Origin: Escherichia phage 1-6bf
Sequence record: OR983334.1
DNA length: 64,000 bases
Strand: one strand, 5' to 3'
In this document: piece by piece, positions 49,349 through 59,325 of the stretch
Position numbering within the stretch: the first letter of the stretch is position 1
How the letters are laid out: each line of letters opens with the position of its first letter
Made by a program: the position numbers and the translations under genes
Notes under the pieces: generated by a model
What the model was told of the DNA's origin: nothing
The model's input: only the letters and a program-made list of their open reading frames with translations
Database searches by the model: none

Positions 49349-49711
49349 ATGAATACACGTCCCATCAAGGGCAACGTTAATATTGAAACTCTGAACAAGG
49401 TTGCATCAAACCTCGGTGGAATGTCCAACGATGAGCTTGAGCAAGAACTTGCTTGGATTGCAAATGGTATCAAAGTTGCTAAAGGTAAGATTGCTCGTGA
49501 GCAAAGTAATATGAAAGCTCACAAGTATATCATCCGTCGTGCAAATATGTTACCGGAGCGGGTTGTACATCTTGCCCGTAAGAACTACGAAGGTGCTAAA
49601 GAAGCCCTGCTTGAAGCAGAGTTCCAGAAGCATCAATTTATGAACAACTATCGAAACTTCCGAGATATTCTCTATATCCGTAAATCGATTGAGTTGATTA
49701 AAAACCAATAG
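49349..49711 (+). CDS. hypothetical protein
   Basis: 120 aa, first gene of a tightly packed operon. Confidence 0.5.
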   Translation: MNTRPIKGNVNIETLNKVASNLGGMSNDELEQELAWIANGIKVAKGKIAREQSNMKAHKYIIRRANMLPERVVHLARKNYEGAKEALLEAEFQKHQFMNNYRNFRDILYIRKSIELIKNQ

Positions 49712-49722
49712 AGGTTGGTATA

Positions 49723-50922
49723 ATGTTTCCAGTAACATTAGAAGATACTGAAGGTAATGTTTTAACGGTCAACCCTCCTTGTTATGGGTTCCTTCAGCTA
49801 CGCAATTATAACGGGGGCGTTGAGGAAGAGGATGAAGAATATGATGAGTATTACGAACCTAACATGTATGAGGCAACTCATGGATGGAATATGCACGTTC
49901 GAGTGTGGCATGAAGAAGCTAACGTTCGTAGTGCTGATGGGGAAGAATTCCGATTAAGCAGAGAGATGGATATGTGTAAAATCAAGCATATCTGGAACTC
50001 TGGAACTCATATGAAAATGTTAGGTTTTAGACGTTGGCGCGATGAAAAGCATGTAGCTGAAGCTTTAAGTTGGTGTTCGTATGAAGATGAAGACACGCCC
50101 CCTAAGAATAACATTGAACGTTGGAACGACAAAAACCCTGAACATCGAACCACACCTCGTGCTGTACTGGAAGCTATGGAAGCATTTGTGGACAAAGATC
50201 GTCCCTCCTGTTTACGCTGGCACGATAAAGGTTTTATGGGGGTAGCAACTGAGAACATCCCTGCTGATCGTTGTCTGTTCTATTTGATGTTAGATCGAAC
50301 CTTCTATTGTGAAGATGAAGAGAGTCAAGTTGAAACCTTCCTTCATAAATGGTTGGTTGAAGGCTGGACAATCCTTCAGGCTTATGTTTACTCACGAATG
50401 GTTAGTACCTACACTAACCTCTTGGGGGAAACGAAAGCAACTCTGGTTGGTAATGATTGGGATGCTTGTATCTTCCCAGCGTCGCTGTTTACAGTCGGCA
50501 TGGCTGATAAATATGCTGAAGCATTTCAAGTGCCATGGCGTCAACAGTCGTACAGAGATGGCTGTGGTCACTTCCGTGATGAAGATTTTAAGTGGATTCA
50601 TTATGAGAATGATGAAACAGCAGAATTACGAGTTAATAACTCAATGTTCTTGCCAGTGATGCACCCCGATCTAGTAGAGAGTGAATCAGAAATCCTGAAA
50701 TGTGATAACCTTTTGGTTAACTTTGCTCGTCGTGTCTCTAAAGATGAAAGAACAGCAAATAAATTAGTATATGGCATTCGTGCTGAGACTAAAGACCTGT
50801 TCAACATCTATAACATTGTTCAGCGATTTAGTAGTGGAACTCTGGACCAAAGTTCGGAGTATTCAGTGATTCCATCCTCTGAGTGGGATGGTGTTATGAG
50901 CGGATTATTTTTAGGAAAATAA
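49723..50922 (+). CDS. hypothetical protein (operon with amidoligase genes)
   Basis: 399-aa ORF, no motif recognised. Confidence 0.5.
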   Translation: MFPVTLEDTEGNVLTVNPPCYGFLQLRNYNGGVEEEDEEYDEYYEPNMYEATHGWNMHVRVWHEEANVRSADGEEFRLSREMDMCKIKHIWNSGTHMKMLGFRRWRDEKHVAEALSWCSYEDEDTPPKNNIERWNDKNPEHRTTPRAVLEAMEAFVDKDRPSCLRWHDKGFMGVATENIPADRCLFYLMLDRTFYCEDEESQVETFLHKWLVEGWTILQAYVYSRMVSTYTNLLGETKATLVGNDWDACIFPASLFTVGMADKYAEAFQVPWRQQSYRDGCGHFRDEDFKWIHYENDETAELRVNNSMFLPVMHPDLVESESEILKCDNLLVNFARRVSKDERTANKLVYGIRAETKDLFNIYNIVQRFSSGTLDQSSEYSVIPSSEWDGVMSGLFLGK

Positions 50923-50932
50923 AAGGTTAGTT

Positions 50933-51904
50933 ATGTCAATCTCCACAACGATCGTACCTCTTAACCTTCAACAGGATTTAGGGGAACAGAAGTTCTTAGG
51001 TCGTGGGTGTTTCGGTATCCACAACTACATGCAAGGCCAGTGTGTAAATGACATTAATGGTGAAGTTATCACGGAAGAAGGGCGCTATCGTCGCTTCAAC
51101 CGTGATATCAACTTGCAACTGGAGATGTTGAATTACTGGACTCACTCTTTTCATGGTCATGTTACATCTGATATTGAAAAGAATTTGGTTGAAACAGCAG
51201 ACATTATGAACTCCATGTCTTGCTATCGTGACGTATTTACGATCACTTCAGCGAATAGTGTTGCTGTCAACCTTCGTGAGCATCCAGCAGATCAGATCTT
51301 CACAGGACTTATGCTCTTTCGTAGTATTCTGGAAGGGCAATATCGTGGAATGGATTTCCTAGCAGAAGGAATTGAAGACAGGGAAGAGTGGCTGAAGCGT
51401 AAACGCATCGGCATCGCTCTAGTGTTAGCTGGGTTGGGTCGTGACTTCTTCGGTGGATGGTCTCAACGAGGAAGAGCTAATGGGAGTAGCGAAAGCACCT
51501 CTATTGTTATTAACAACAATATGTCAGCAGCAGCATTCCTTCCTTTGGTTGTAGACTCTGATGAATACACGAAGCAAGTATGGGTTCAAAACCCCTTCGG
51601 TGTTGGCGACAACGAGAATGGTTATGTTCGTAACCATAACCAAGATGCCTTACGAAGATTTGCTCGTGCTAAAGATCAAGACCCGGACGAGTATGAAACA
51701 ATGTCAGAGTGGTTAAGACTCTGGTCCAACTGTTATGGTCACAAACGTGAATCAATAGACGACAAGTTGGGAAACATTACAGTACAAAACTTTACATCCC
51801 GACTGATTCAAAGAACTGGAGCAGATTCCGGTCTTACTCTTGAAGAAGTTGGTAACACAATCTCATCTCTCTTTTCTGAACTAGTGGAGTATTACAATGA
51901 CTAA
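50933..51904 (+). CDS. hypothetical protein (operon with amidoligase genes)
   Basis: 323-aa ORF. Confidence 0.5.
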   Translation: MSISTTIVPLNLQQDLGEQKFLGRGCFGIHNYMQGQCVNDINGEVITEEGRYRRFNRDINLQLEMLNYWTHSFHGHVTSDIEKNLVETADIMNSMSCYRDVFTITSANSVAVNLREHPADQIFTGLMLFRSILEGQYRGMDFLAEGIEDREEWLKRKRIGIALVLAGLGRDFFGGWSQRGRANGSSESTSIVINNNMSAAAFLPLVVDSDEYTKQVWVQNPFGVGDNENGYVRNHNQDALRRFARAKDQDPDEYETMSEWLRLWSNCYGHKRESIDDKLGNITVQNFTSRLIQRTGADSGLTLEEVGNTISSLFSELVEYYND

Positions 51905-52703
51905 GCGCAAATTCCTCATCGGCTCTGACCCTGAAATGTTCGTTCGTACTAGCAATGGTATCATCACTTCTGTAGCCGGTTTATTAGGCTGCTCTAAGGA
52001 CGATAAAATCGCTCTGGCTAAGGATGTTCGTCTCCAAGAGGACAATGTACTGGCTGAGTTTGATATTGACCCACAGAGCGGTTTTGAAGCGTTTAACGAT
52101 AACATGCAACGTGGTATTGATCTCACCAATAATGTCCTGAACAAACTGGACATGGAAACAGCTCCTGGTGTTAGCTCTCACATCTTCACTGAAGAAGAGA
52201 TGAAGACCTTTAATGAATCAGCGTTCATCTTCGGGTGCACTCCTGATTTCAACGCCTTCACTGGTCAGAAAAACCCATCCCCGACTTCTCAGAATAAGGG
52301 ACTTCGTACTGCCGGTGGTCACGTACATCTTGGCGTAGTTGGTGCTTTGGATATCACTCTGCAAACTCAGATGATGCTTGGTGTGCTGTGTGACTACTTC
52401 CTATCCCTCCCAGCAGTAATTATGGACAAAGATACTCGCCGTAAAGAACTCTACGGTAAAGCATCTGCAATCCGTTATAAAGACTATGGTATTGAATACC
52501 GTTCTCTGTCTAACTTCTGGATTAGTGATCGTGAAAACCGTAAGTTTGTTTACGATCAGGTTGACAAGGTTGTTCAGCAATGTGATATGTCCACTCTGAT
52601 GGCATTGCACTCTCGCCTTCCGATTGAGAAGCTTCATGAAATCATTAACGGGAACAATGTTAAAGAAGCTGACCAGCAGATCAAACTCCTTCAGGTAGCA
52701 TAA
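51897..52703 (+). CDS. possible divergent amidoligase-like protein
   Basis: FLIGSDPEMFV and GGHVHLG motifs loosely resemble carboxylate-amine ligase signatures; ATGA overlap. Confidence 0.3.
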   Translation: MTKRKFLIGSDPEMFVRTSNGIITSVAGLLGCSKDDKIALAKDVRLQEDNVLAEFDIDPQSGFEAFNDNMQRGIDLTNNVLNKLDMETAPGVSSHIFTEEEMKTFNESAFIFGCTPDFNAFTGQKNPSPTSQNKGLRTAGGHVHLGVVGALDITLQTQMMLGVLCDYFLSLPAVIMDKDTRRKELYGKASAIRYKDYGIEYRSLSNFWISDRENRKFVYDQVDKVVQQCDMSTLMALHSRLPIEKLHEIINGNNVKEADQQIKLLQVA

Positions 52704-52712
52704 GAGGTTATC

Positions 52713-53330
52713 GTGAGCTTAGTAGCTGATTTTTCTCATTACTATAATGGTACATGGATTGCTAAACGAGCAGGTAATATCAACCTTCCATGTTTTGTGA
52801 TTGGTGTTGAGCAGAGCGGTAACTTCCGCAGTGATGACTTCTCTCACGAAGCAGAGCAGGCTCTGTACTTTGTTGTAGAGCAGTGGTACAAGAACGAGCA
52901 AGGGCATCTTCGAAACACTACGATGAATATCCCAGTGTTCGACCCAACCCTGATTCTTGAATCACCTGACGTTGGTTATCTGTTCCATAACGGTAACACT
53001 GTAAGCTGGACTCATATTAACCCTGTTCGCCAGAGAGCAAAGGGCTTAATGGGTAATAAGATTCGAAATGCTCCGGGTGTTGGTCGTGCTATCTCCGGAG
53101 AGATGGTTTACAGTCTGTTCAATCCTGAATTCGAAGGATTGGTTACTCGTTATATTTACATCAACCCTACAGATGGTAAGGTGCATTATAAAGGTGCACT
53201 GGTAGGACAAGTAGATCTGGAAGCACCTCGTGACTCTTACGGTCAGCAACCGATGCGACTTCTGGAACATTTTCATCACATTTCTGAAAACCTTAGCAAT
53301 TACAATATTACGTTGGTGGATTCGTTATGA
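52713..53330 (+). CDS. hypothetical protein
   Basis: 205 aa, GTG start with GAGG RBS. Confidence 0.45.
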   Translation: MSLVADFSHYYNGTWIAKRAGNINLPCFVIGVEQSGNFRSDDFSHEAEQALYFVVEQWYKNEQGHLRNTTMNIPVFDPTLILESPDVGYLFHNGNTVSWTHINPVRQRAKGLMGNKIRNAPGVGRAISGEMVYSLFNPEFEGLVTRYIYINPTDGKVHYKGALVGQVDLEAPRDSYGQQPMRLLEHFHHISENLSNYNITLVDSL

Positions 53331-54430
53331 CAACTGTAGCGCAAACTTTTGGATATCGAGAAGGTCGTTTAACTGAGGCGCATAGTTCAATTGCACTTCA
53401 GTGCGGTGTCGGTATTGAACTTGAACTCGAAGGTTCCGATCATATCGAAGCAGATATGTGGGATTGTACAGAGGATGGTTCCCTGCGTAATGGTTGTGAA
53501 ATGGTATGTTCACGACCTTACAACGGACAGGAGTTGTTAGACGCTATCAACAACCTGAGTGAAGCAGTAGCTGAATCGCACGCCGAGGGGACTTGGCGTT
53601 GCTCTACTCACGTTCATATGGATATGAGGGATGCTGATAGTAATATCCTCAAGAAAACCATTCTCGCTTGGACCTTCTACGAAAAGATGTTGTTCAAGTG
53701 CTCAGGCTACCATCGTTACCGTAGCAATTTCTGCCCTGCGTTTGCAGTGGTACAAGCACAGGTAATGAATGCCTCTGACGCATTTAACTACGATGGTGAA
53801 GAGTTCTTCAACCGTCTGGTTCGTTCATGGGATAAGTATACATCCCTGAACCTTCTGCCACTTGCCCAATACGGTTCGATTGAGTTCCGTATCAGCGAGC
53901 CTAAGTGGAAACGTGGTCAACTTCTCAATCTGGTTAACCGCTTCTTGATGCTGAAGAAGCTGGCTTTAGATAACGCAGATATGAGCAACGATCAGTTTGT
54001 TGAGCATTTAAATACTGTACGATTTGCCCCAATGCTTCCTTACCTTCCTCTGGATTACAATCTGGATGAATCGGATTTGCATTCAGGTTATTGTATGGCC
54101 CGTGATGTTTTGTATTGTCGTTCTCATGAAGTAGAACAGTCTGGTCGTATTCGTTTACGTCGAACCAACTCCAACGGAGATGTTCTTGTTGACTTGCGTC
54201 TTATGTCAGACTTCTATGGATTCCTTGGTTATGTCCGAGGGAACGCTAACAACTTGTATCAAGAGATTTTGGTTATGCTTCGTACAGCAGACCTATCTCA
54301 AGTAAGACACGCTCCAGAACAACGTATCCGTGCTATTTTTGACTTACTACGTGAGTCAGGTCACAGTGATAGCAATATCACAGGGTACATTCCAGACCAT
54401 CTGGAAAATCAGTTAGAACAAGCGCTGTAA
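53327..54430 (+). CDS. amidoligase-like (glutamine-synthetase-like carboxylate-amine ligase)
   Basis: GVGIELELEG and CSTHVHMD motifs resemble the phage/bacterial amidoligase family; ATGA overlap. Confidence 0.45.
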   Translation: MTTVAQTFGYREGRLTEAHSSIALQCGVGIELELEGSDHIEADMWDCTEDGSLRNGCEMVCSRPYNGQELLDAINNLSEAVAESHAEGTWRCSTHVHMDMRDADSNILKKTILAWTFYEKMLFKCSGYHRYRSNFCPAFAVVQAQVMNASDAFNYDGEEFFNRLVRSWDKYTSLNLLPLAQYGSIEFRISEPKWKRGQLLNLVNRFLMLKKLALDNADMSNDQFVEHLNTVRFAPMLPYLPLDYNLDESDLHSGYCMARDVLYCRSHEVEQSGRIRLRRTNSNGDVLVDLRLMSDFYGFLGYVRGNANNLYQEILVMLRTADLSQVRHAPEQRIRAIFDLLRESGHSDSNITGYIPDHLENQLEQAL

Positions 54431-54509
54431 TCAATGGGTGCCTCTGACAAAGGGGCACAATTTAAAGGTTAATTAGATGAAAGGGTTTACCCTTCAGGTG
54501 GATTAGAAA

Positions 54510-56540
54510 ATTTGTGGCATCGTATTAGCTGGCGGTAATCTGTCAAGCACTGATTTAGACGTATTCAACCAACTCTTTTATGCTGGAGTATTCCGAGGAC
54601 AACATTCCTCCGGTATCTTTGGTCAGCGTAAAAGCACTAAGGAAGTCTTCACTTATAAAGAAGCTCTTCCTTCTTTCGCATTCATCCTACAAGATGAGTA
54701 CAAGAAGCACACCACTGGTGAAACAGCTTACACTGTAGCACCTTCATGGATTGTTGGTCACAGTCGTCATGCAACGAAAGGTGCAGTTAACGCCAAGAAC
54801 GCCCATCCTTTCCAACATGGTAACATCACTCTGGTTCATAATGGAACCTTGATGGACCAAGATCTGTTACCTGACAGCAAAAGCTTCGAGGTAGACAGCG
54901 AGAACATCTGCCACTCTATTAACACTATCGGTGCAGCAGAGACTATTCAAAAGCTGGATGGTGCTTTCACCTTAATCTGGCATGATGCTTCTGATAACCG
55001 CCTTCATATCATTCGTAACGAAGAGCGTCCTTTCCACCTCGCACGTTGTAACAGAGATTGGTTTGGTGCTTCTGAAGAAGATATGTTGATGTGGATTCTG
55101 AAGCGTTCTAAGTCTCATAAGAACCGTATTGACGAGCATTTTGAATGTAAAGTTGGTACAGAGTATATCTTTGATATGTCAAACAACGGCATGACTCTGG
55201 TTGAAGAGGTCGCCCACGAGCTTCCGGTTTTTACGGTAGCCAATCGTTGGGGCAGTTATTACTCGAACAACTACAGCCAAAGCAACTATCAAAGTTCCTC
55301 AAAAAGCAGTACAAGCAATCCCTACGACACGAAGCCGGGAGTGACAGCGGCAGATGTTCGTCGAAGAAACGCAGTGGTAAGTCAAAACAAAATCGCAAGT
55401 GATCGAAACATTGATATTCGCCGCGATATGACTGTGGAAATCACTCCGCATGAGTTTGTTCCTTATGCAACTGCTGGTGCTGTTCCTTCTCGTGGTAAGA
55501 TGATTGGTTATATCTACGATGAGAAATCTCAAGAGTATATCGAAGGTGATGTCCATAACGTAGATATTAAGGCTTATCAGGATGCCCTGAAAGACCCTAA
55601 AATTGTTTACCGTGGGACAGTATCCTGTATCTCCGAAGTTAATGCTATGGTTCGCTTAGTGATCACAGCAGGTCGTTTTGTTGACCCATCTCTGGAGAAA
55701 AAGGAGCCTGAGTCTACTACTGCTGACTTTGATGATGATATCCCTTTTGACATGAATGATAGTTTCGTCAACAAGAATGGCGTTACTATCACTCGTAAAT
55801 TCTGGGAAGCACATTCTCATGGTGATTGTGGTGGTTGTGACAAACACATTGATTGGAAGGATGCACCTAAAGCAGTCTTCGCATATCAGTGCTACTGGCA
55901 TCCTGAATGTCTGGAAGGTTTGACTAAACCTAAAGAGGAAGAAGAGGAGGAGACTCCTATTGGTGTTTGTGAAATCTGTGGTGAAGTTAAAACAGAGAAT
56001 GAGTTCGATGATGAACTTAGTCGTCTTCGCGGTGAAGATATCTGTAAAGCCTGCGCTGTAGAGGTAAAGAAGAAAGTATCTAATGCTACGATCAAAGATG
56101 GTTATGTATGGATTAAAGCAACAGATACAACAAACGCCCGTCGTCCTGAGTTTGCTTTACGTGTAACTGAAGATATGATTGGTCGTATGACTGTATTACC
56201 TTCCTCAGCGAAACAGACAGGCATCACTCTGGAGGATGTTGTTGATGCTTATGTTGAGAAACGTAGCAACAGTATTTTTGCAATCTCAACTAAGCCAAAA
56301 AAGGAGGAACCTGCTGAGAAAGCAGGTGTGTTTCCTGAATCACGAACAACTCTCCGCAAAACTGTTGTCAGCTTCGACGGAAACCGAAGCACTGACTTCA
56401 CCAAAGCCATGTGGTCAACCCTTGGATACTGCTCAGAGTGTTTTAAGCAGATTCCGTGGCGCGATGCTGAAAGTTGTACGCTTGGTTCTATGAATCAAGT
56501 TTATTGTAATTCTCCTAAATGTTCATTGAATAGAGGTTAA
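54510..56540 (+). CDS. class-II glutamine amidotransferase (Ntn) domain protein with C-terminal Cys-rich zinc-ribbon region; non-canonical start
   Basis: CGIVLAGG, GHSRHATKG, NAHPF, HNG motifs in order; catalytic Cys preceded only by AAA-ATT after in-frame TAG; AGGTGGA SD 7 nt upstream of ATT. Confidence 0.7.
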   Translation: MCGIVLAGGNLSSTDLDVFNQLFYAGVFRGQHSSGIFGQRKSTKEVFTYKEALPSFAFILQDEYKKHTTGETAYTVAPSWIVGHSRHATKGAVNAKNAHPFQHGNITLVHNGTLMDQDLLPDSKSFEVDSENICHSINTIGAAETIQKLDGAFTLIWHDASDNRLHIIRNEERPFHLARCNRDWFGASEEDMLMWILKRSKSHKNRIDEHFECKVGTEYIFDMSNNGMTLVEEVAHELPVFTVANRWGSYYSNNYSQSNYQSSSKSSTSNPYDTKPGVTAADVRRRNAVVSQNKIASDRNIDIRRDMTVEITPHEFVPYATAGAVPSRGKMIGYIYDEKSQEYIEGDVHNVDIKAYQDALKDPKIVYRGTVSCISEVNAMVRLVITAGRFVDPSLEKKEPESTTADFDDDIPFDMNDSFVNKNGVTITRKFWEAHSHGDCGGCDKHIDWKDAPKAVFAYQCYWHPECLEGLTKPKEEEEEETPIGVCEICGEVKTENEFDDELSRLRGEDICKACAVEVKKKVSNATIKDGYVWIKATDTTNARRPEFALRVTEDMIGRMTVLPSSAKQTGITLEDVVDAYVEKRSNSIFAISTKPKKEEPAEKAGVFPESRTTLRKTVVSFDGNRSTDFTKAMWSTLGYCSECFKQIPWRDAESCTLGSMNQVYCNSPKCSLNRG

Positions 56541-56542
56541 GT

Positions 56543-56776
56543 ATGGAAATTCGTAAGATGATGCTGGATAACGTTGTAACTACTCGACGTATCCCGATGA
56601 CGAGCACAGGATGTGATAACCTTCGTGCAATCCAAAAGTGGATGCAAGCTGGTATTGGTCAAGTACTTGAAACACAGGTTGAGGTTCCTTTCCCAACGGT
56701 GATCAACAACGTGCTTGCTGATTATGTAAAAATCAAAGGCATTAAGGTAGAACCTCATGTCAAATCTGGTTCCTAA
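56543..56776 (+). CDS. small protein within modification operon
   Basis: 77-aa ORF. Confidence 0.4.
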   Translation: MEIRKMMLDNVVTTRRIPMTSTGCDNLRAIQKWMQAGIGQVLETQVEVPFPTVINNVLADYVKIKGIKVEPHVKSGS

Positions 56777-56981
56777 GAAACCAAAGATCACTCTCCTACA
56801 GTATTATATGGGAGTTCATATCGAATTAGTAACGGAGCAGCGAAAGCTGTATCCGTTCGCTTTCGGTCTGATTGATGCACCATCCGATGAAGTAGAGAAC
56901 GATGCGTTCAACGACTACTTCGAAATTGAAGCTCAGATTCAAAAAACTCGTAACGAAATTCTTAAACTTAAAGGTATCTAA
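56757..56981 (+). CDS. small protein within modification operon
   Basis: 74-aa ORF overlapping neighbours. Confidence 0.4.
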   Translation: MSNLVPKKPKITLLQYYMGVHIELVTEQRKLYPFAFGLIDAPSDEVENDAFNDYFEIEAQIQKTRNEILKLKGI

Positions 56982-56983
56982 CA

Positions 56984-58180
56984 ATGACTACTCGTATCCG
57001 TGTTCTTCCTTATGGCCCTTCCGATTCAGTTCGTGAACTTACTTCTGCAATTAATACTAAGATTCAGGAACTCCGCTTAAATGCTAACGTAATGTCTTTG
57101 GTATCAGAAGGCTCTCGTTATCGTTCTCGAGCTGGTGATATTGTTGTAAACTATGGCAACCGCCGTTATGATGCTTCTTTCTTTGGTGGTGCAACCGTAT
57201 TGAACCCTGTTGAAGCTCTGAACCGAGCGGCTAACAAGATTGCAGCGTTCAACGCATTGCGTTTGGCTGAAGTTAAGACTGTTGAATACACTATCGATCA
57301 CGAATTAGCTCTGAACTGGAACCGAACCGAAATTGTTTATGAACGTGCAACCTTAACTGGTCACTCTGGTGAAGGTATCACCGTTCGTCTTCCGGGAGAA
57401 GGTGTTGCAAGTGCTCCTCTGTATACGAAAGGTATTCAAGGCCCACGTCGTGAATGGCGTGTTCATGTGTTTGAAGGTGTTATCACTTACGTTCAGAAGA
57501 AGATTCGTCGTAATGGATATCGTGAACTGGAAAGCTACCGTGAAGATATTCGTAACCATCACACTGGTTGGGTTTATTCTAACGCATTCACTGAAGCTCC
57601 TCCTGATCAAGTTCTGATTCAAGCTCACAAAGCTGTATCTGCTCTGGGCTTAAACTTCGGTGCTGTTGATCTGATTAGTAAAGGGAATAACGCTTGGGTT
57701 CTGGAAGTAAATACAGCTCCGGGACTGACTGGTACAACTCTGGAGACTTACACTCACAATATCGTTGAGTTTGTTAAGAGCTTCTCTGGTGTTGAACCTG
57801 ACTATCGTGTTGCTTACCAACTGCCTGTTGAAGAAGTGGAAGAAGAATTTGCTGAATCAGCAGATGATGAGAACTTTGCATTAACAGCTGAGCCAGTTGC
57901 TGAAGAATCTTCGGAACCTGTTCCTGAAACGATGCAAGTTGAAGAGCAAGGGTTAGAGATCACCCCGATCACCCGTCGTAATCTGCGTCGTGGTTATTAC
58001 ATCGCTAACATCAAGCATCCTGAAAACGGTTCAACTGTAGCAAGTAACGTAATTGTTTTCTTCTGCGGTCGTAACTTCTACCGCTCTGGCTGGAATGCTC
58101 CAATTAGTGATCGTCAGCTTGGTCGTGTGTTGCAGATTAATAGCATTACCCTGAATGATGGCACTGTTGTAAACTACTAA
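56984..58180 (+). CDS. ATP-grasp ligase (RimK-like)
   Basis: GHSGEGI ... EWRVHVFEG ... GAVDLI ... VLEVNTAPGLTG ATP-grasp signatures; acidic C-terminal segment. Confidence 0.75.
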   Translation: MTTRIRVLPYGPSDSVRELTSAINTKIQELRLNANVMSLVSEGSRYRSRAGDIVVNYGNRRYDASFFGGATVLNPVEALNRAANKIAAFNALRLAEVKTVEYTIDHELALNWNRTEIVYERATLTGHSGEGITVRLPGEGVASAPLYTKGIQGPRREWRVHVFEGVITYVQKKIRRNGYRELESYREDIRNHHTGWVYSNAFTEAPPDQVLIQAHKAVSALGLNFGAVDLISKGNNAWVLEVNTAPGLTGTTLETYTHNIVEFVKSFSGVEPDYRVAYQLPVEEVEEEFAESADDENFALTAEPVAEESSEPVPETMQVEEQGLEITPITRRNLRRGYYIANIKHPENGSTVASNVIVFFCGRNFYRSGWNAPISDRQLGRVLQINSITLNDGTVVNY

Positions 58181-58186
58181 GGATAT

Positions 58187-58435
58187 ATGGATATGTTTTC
58201 ATTGGAAGATCTAGTACAAAATGGAATGATGGAACAAAAAGAGCCTCTGACTGTAGGCTCTCGTAAAGAGTTGCGTAAGTTGTGTGAAGAATGGGGTATT
58301 ACTAATCAGCGAATGATTGGTAATCAGTTCTCTGCAATTGTAACTTTCCTGAAACGTGGTGATAAGTATTCTATGGAATGTGTAGAACGTATCATCACTG
58401 AAGCACAACAAGACAAGGGAGTGACCTATCTGTGA
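58187..58435 (+). CDS. hypothetical protein
   Basis: 82-aa ORF. Confidence 0.45.
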   Translation: MDMFSLEDLVQNGMMEQKEPLTVGSRKELRKLCEEWGITNQRMIGNQFSAIVTFLKRGDKYSMECVERIITEAQQDKGVTYL

Positions 58436-58617
58436 ATAAGTATAAAGTTCTGTTTAAAGATACCAATACCGCTGGTGAAATGCGAGCTATGGACCTCGAT
58501 GCTGATATGTTTAACTTCACTGATGGCAAAGTGGCCTTCTTTCAAGGAAGTGAAGCTATTGCAGTGTTTGAAAGTGCAGCGATCTGTGGCGTAATCAAAA
58601 TCTTTATTACAGAGTAA
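58432..58617 (+). CDS. hypothetical protein
   Basis: 61-aa ORF with ATGA overlap. Confidence 0.4.
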   Translation: MNKYKVLFKDTNTAGEMRAMDLDADMFNFTDGKVAFFQGSEAIAVFESAAICGVIKIFITE

Positions 58618-58686
58618 TCTGCTTTAGCCTCTTCGAAAGAGGAGGCTAGTTCGGATAAACTAAACAAACCAACAAAGGTATAGATA

Positions 58687-59106
58687 ATGTCAGAAGTAAT
58701 TTACGTAGCAACTTATGGTTCTCTTCGTCGTGGTCAAGCTAACTATTTAGTTAATGACCGAGCTGGTGCTAAGTCAATTGGTGAAGGTTGGACTGAAGAC
58801 AACTTCGATCTGTTCCGTTATGGTGGTTCCTACTTCCCAAGCATCTCTCTCACACACAGCAATAATAATAAGCCTGTTCGTGTAGAAGTGTTTGCTACTG
58901 ACAAAGCAGGTCTGGAAGGTCCGTATGACCGTCTGGAAGGTTACAACAAACATAGCCCTGAAGACAGCTTCTATCAGCGTACTCAGATTGCTGTTAAGAT
59001 GGACTCAGGTGAAACTGTTATCGCTTGGATTTATCACATCGACAAAGAACAAGACGTTCTGGTTGAATCTGGCGACTGGTCAGAGTATCTGAAAAGTGAA
59101 TCTTGA
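58687..59106 (+). CDS. gamma-glutamyl cyclotransferase-like (GGCT/AIG2 fold)
   Basis: N-terminal YVATYGSLRRGQAN and C-terminal IAWIYHID resemble the GGCT family YGSL-type motif. Confidence 0.5.
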   Translation: MSEVIYVATYGSLRRGQANYLVNDRAGAKSIGEGWTEDNFDLFRYGGSYFPSISLTHSNNNKPVRVEVFATDKAGLEGPYDRLEGYNKHSPEDSFYQRTQIAVKMDSGETVIAWIYHIDKEQDVLVESGDWSEYLKSES

Positions 59107-59299
59107 GAAAAGGCAGGCTCTTCGGAGACTTGAAGCCAAGTATTTAATGCTACGGTGCAAAATCAACCGACATGAACGTTTCGTTGAAGCTGCACAAACC
59201 AAAAACTTTGAATCATCAGTGGAGATGTTCAAGACACAACTTTCTTTTTATAGGAAAGAACAGGAACAAGTGTGGGATGAAATTCGTTCGTTCTACTAA
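59096..59299 (+). CDS. hypothetical protein
   Basis: 67-aa ORF. Confidence 0.4.
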   Translation: MNLEKRQALRRLEAKYLMLRCKINRHERFVEAAQTKNFESSVEMFKTQLSFYRKEQEQVWDEIRSFY

Positions 59300-59325
59300 G
59301 CTCAAGGATTCCAAGGAGGAAGAGC

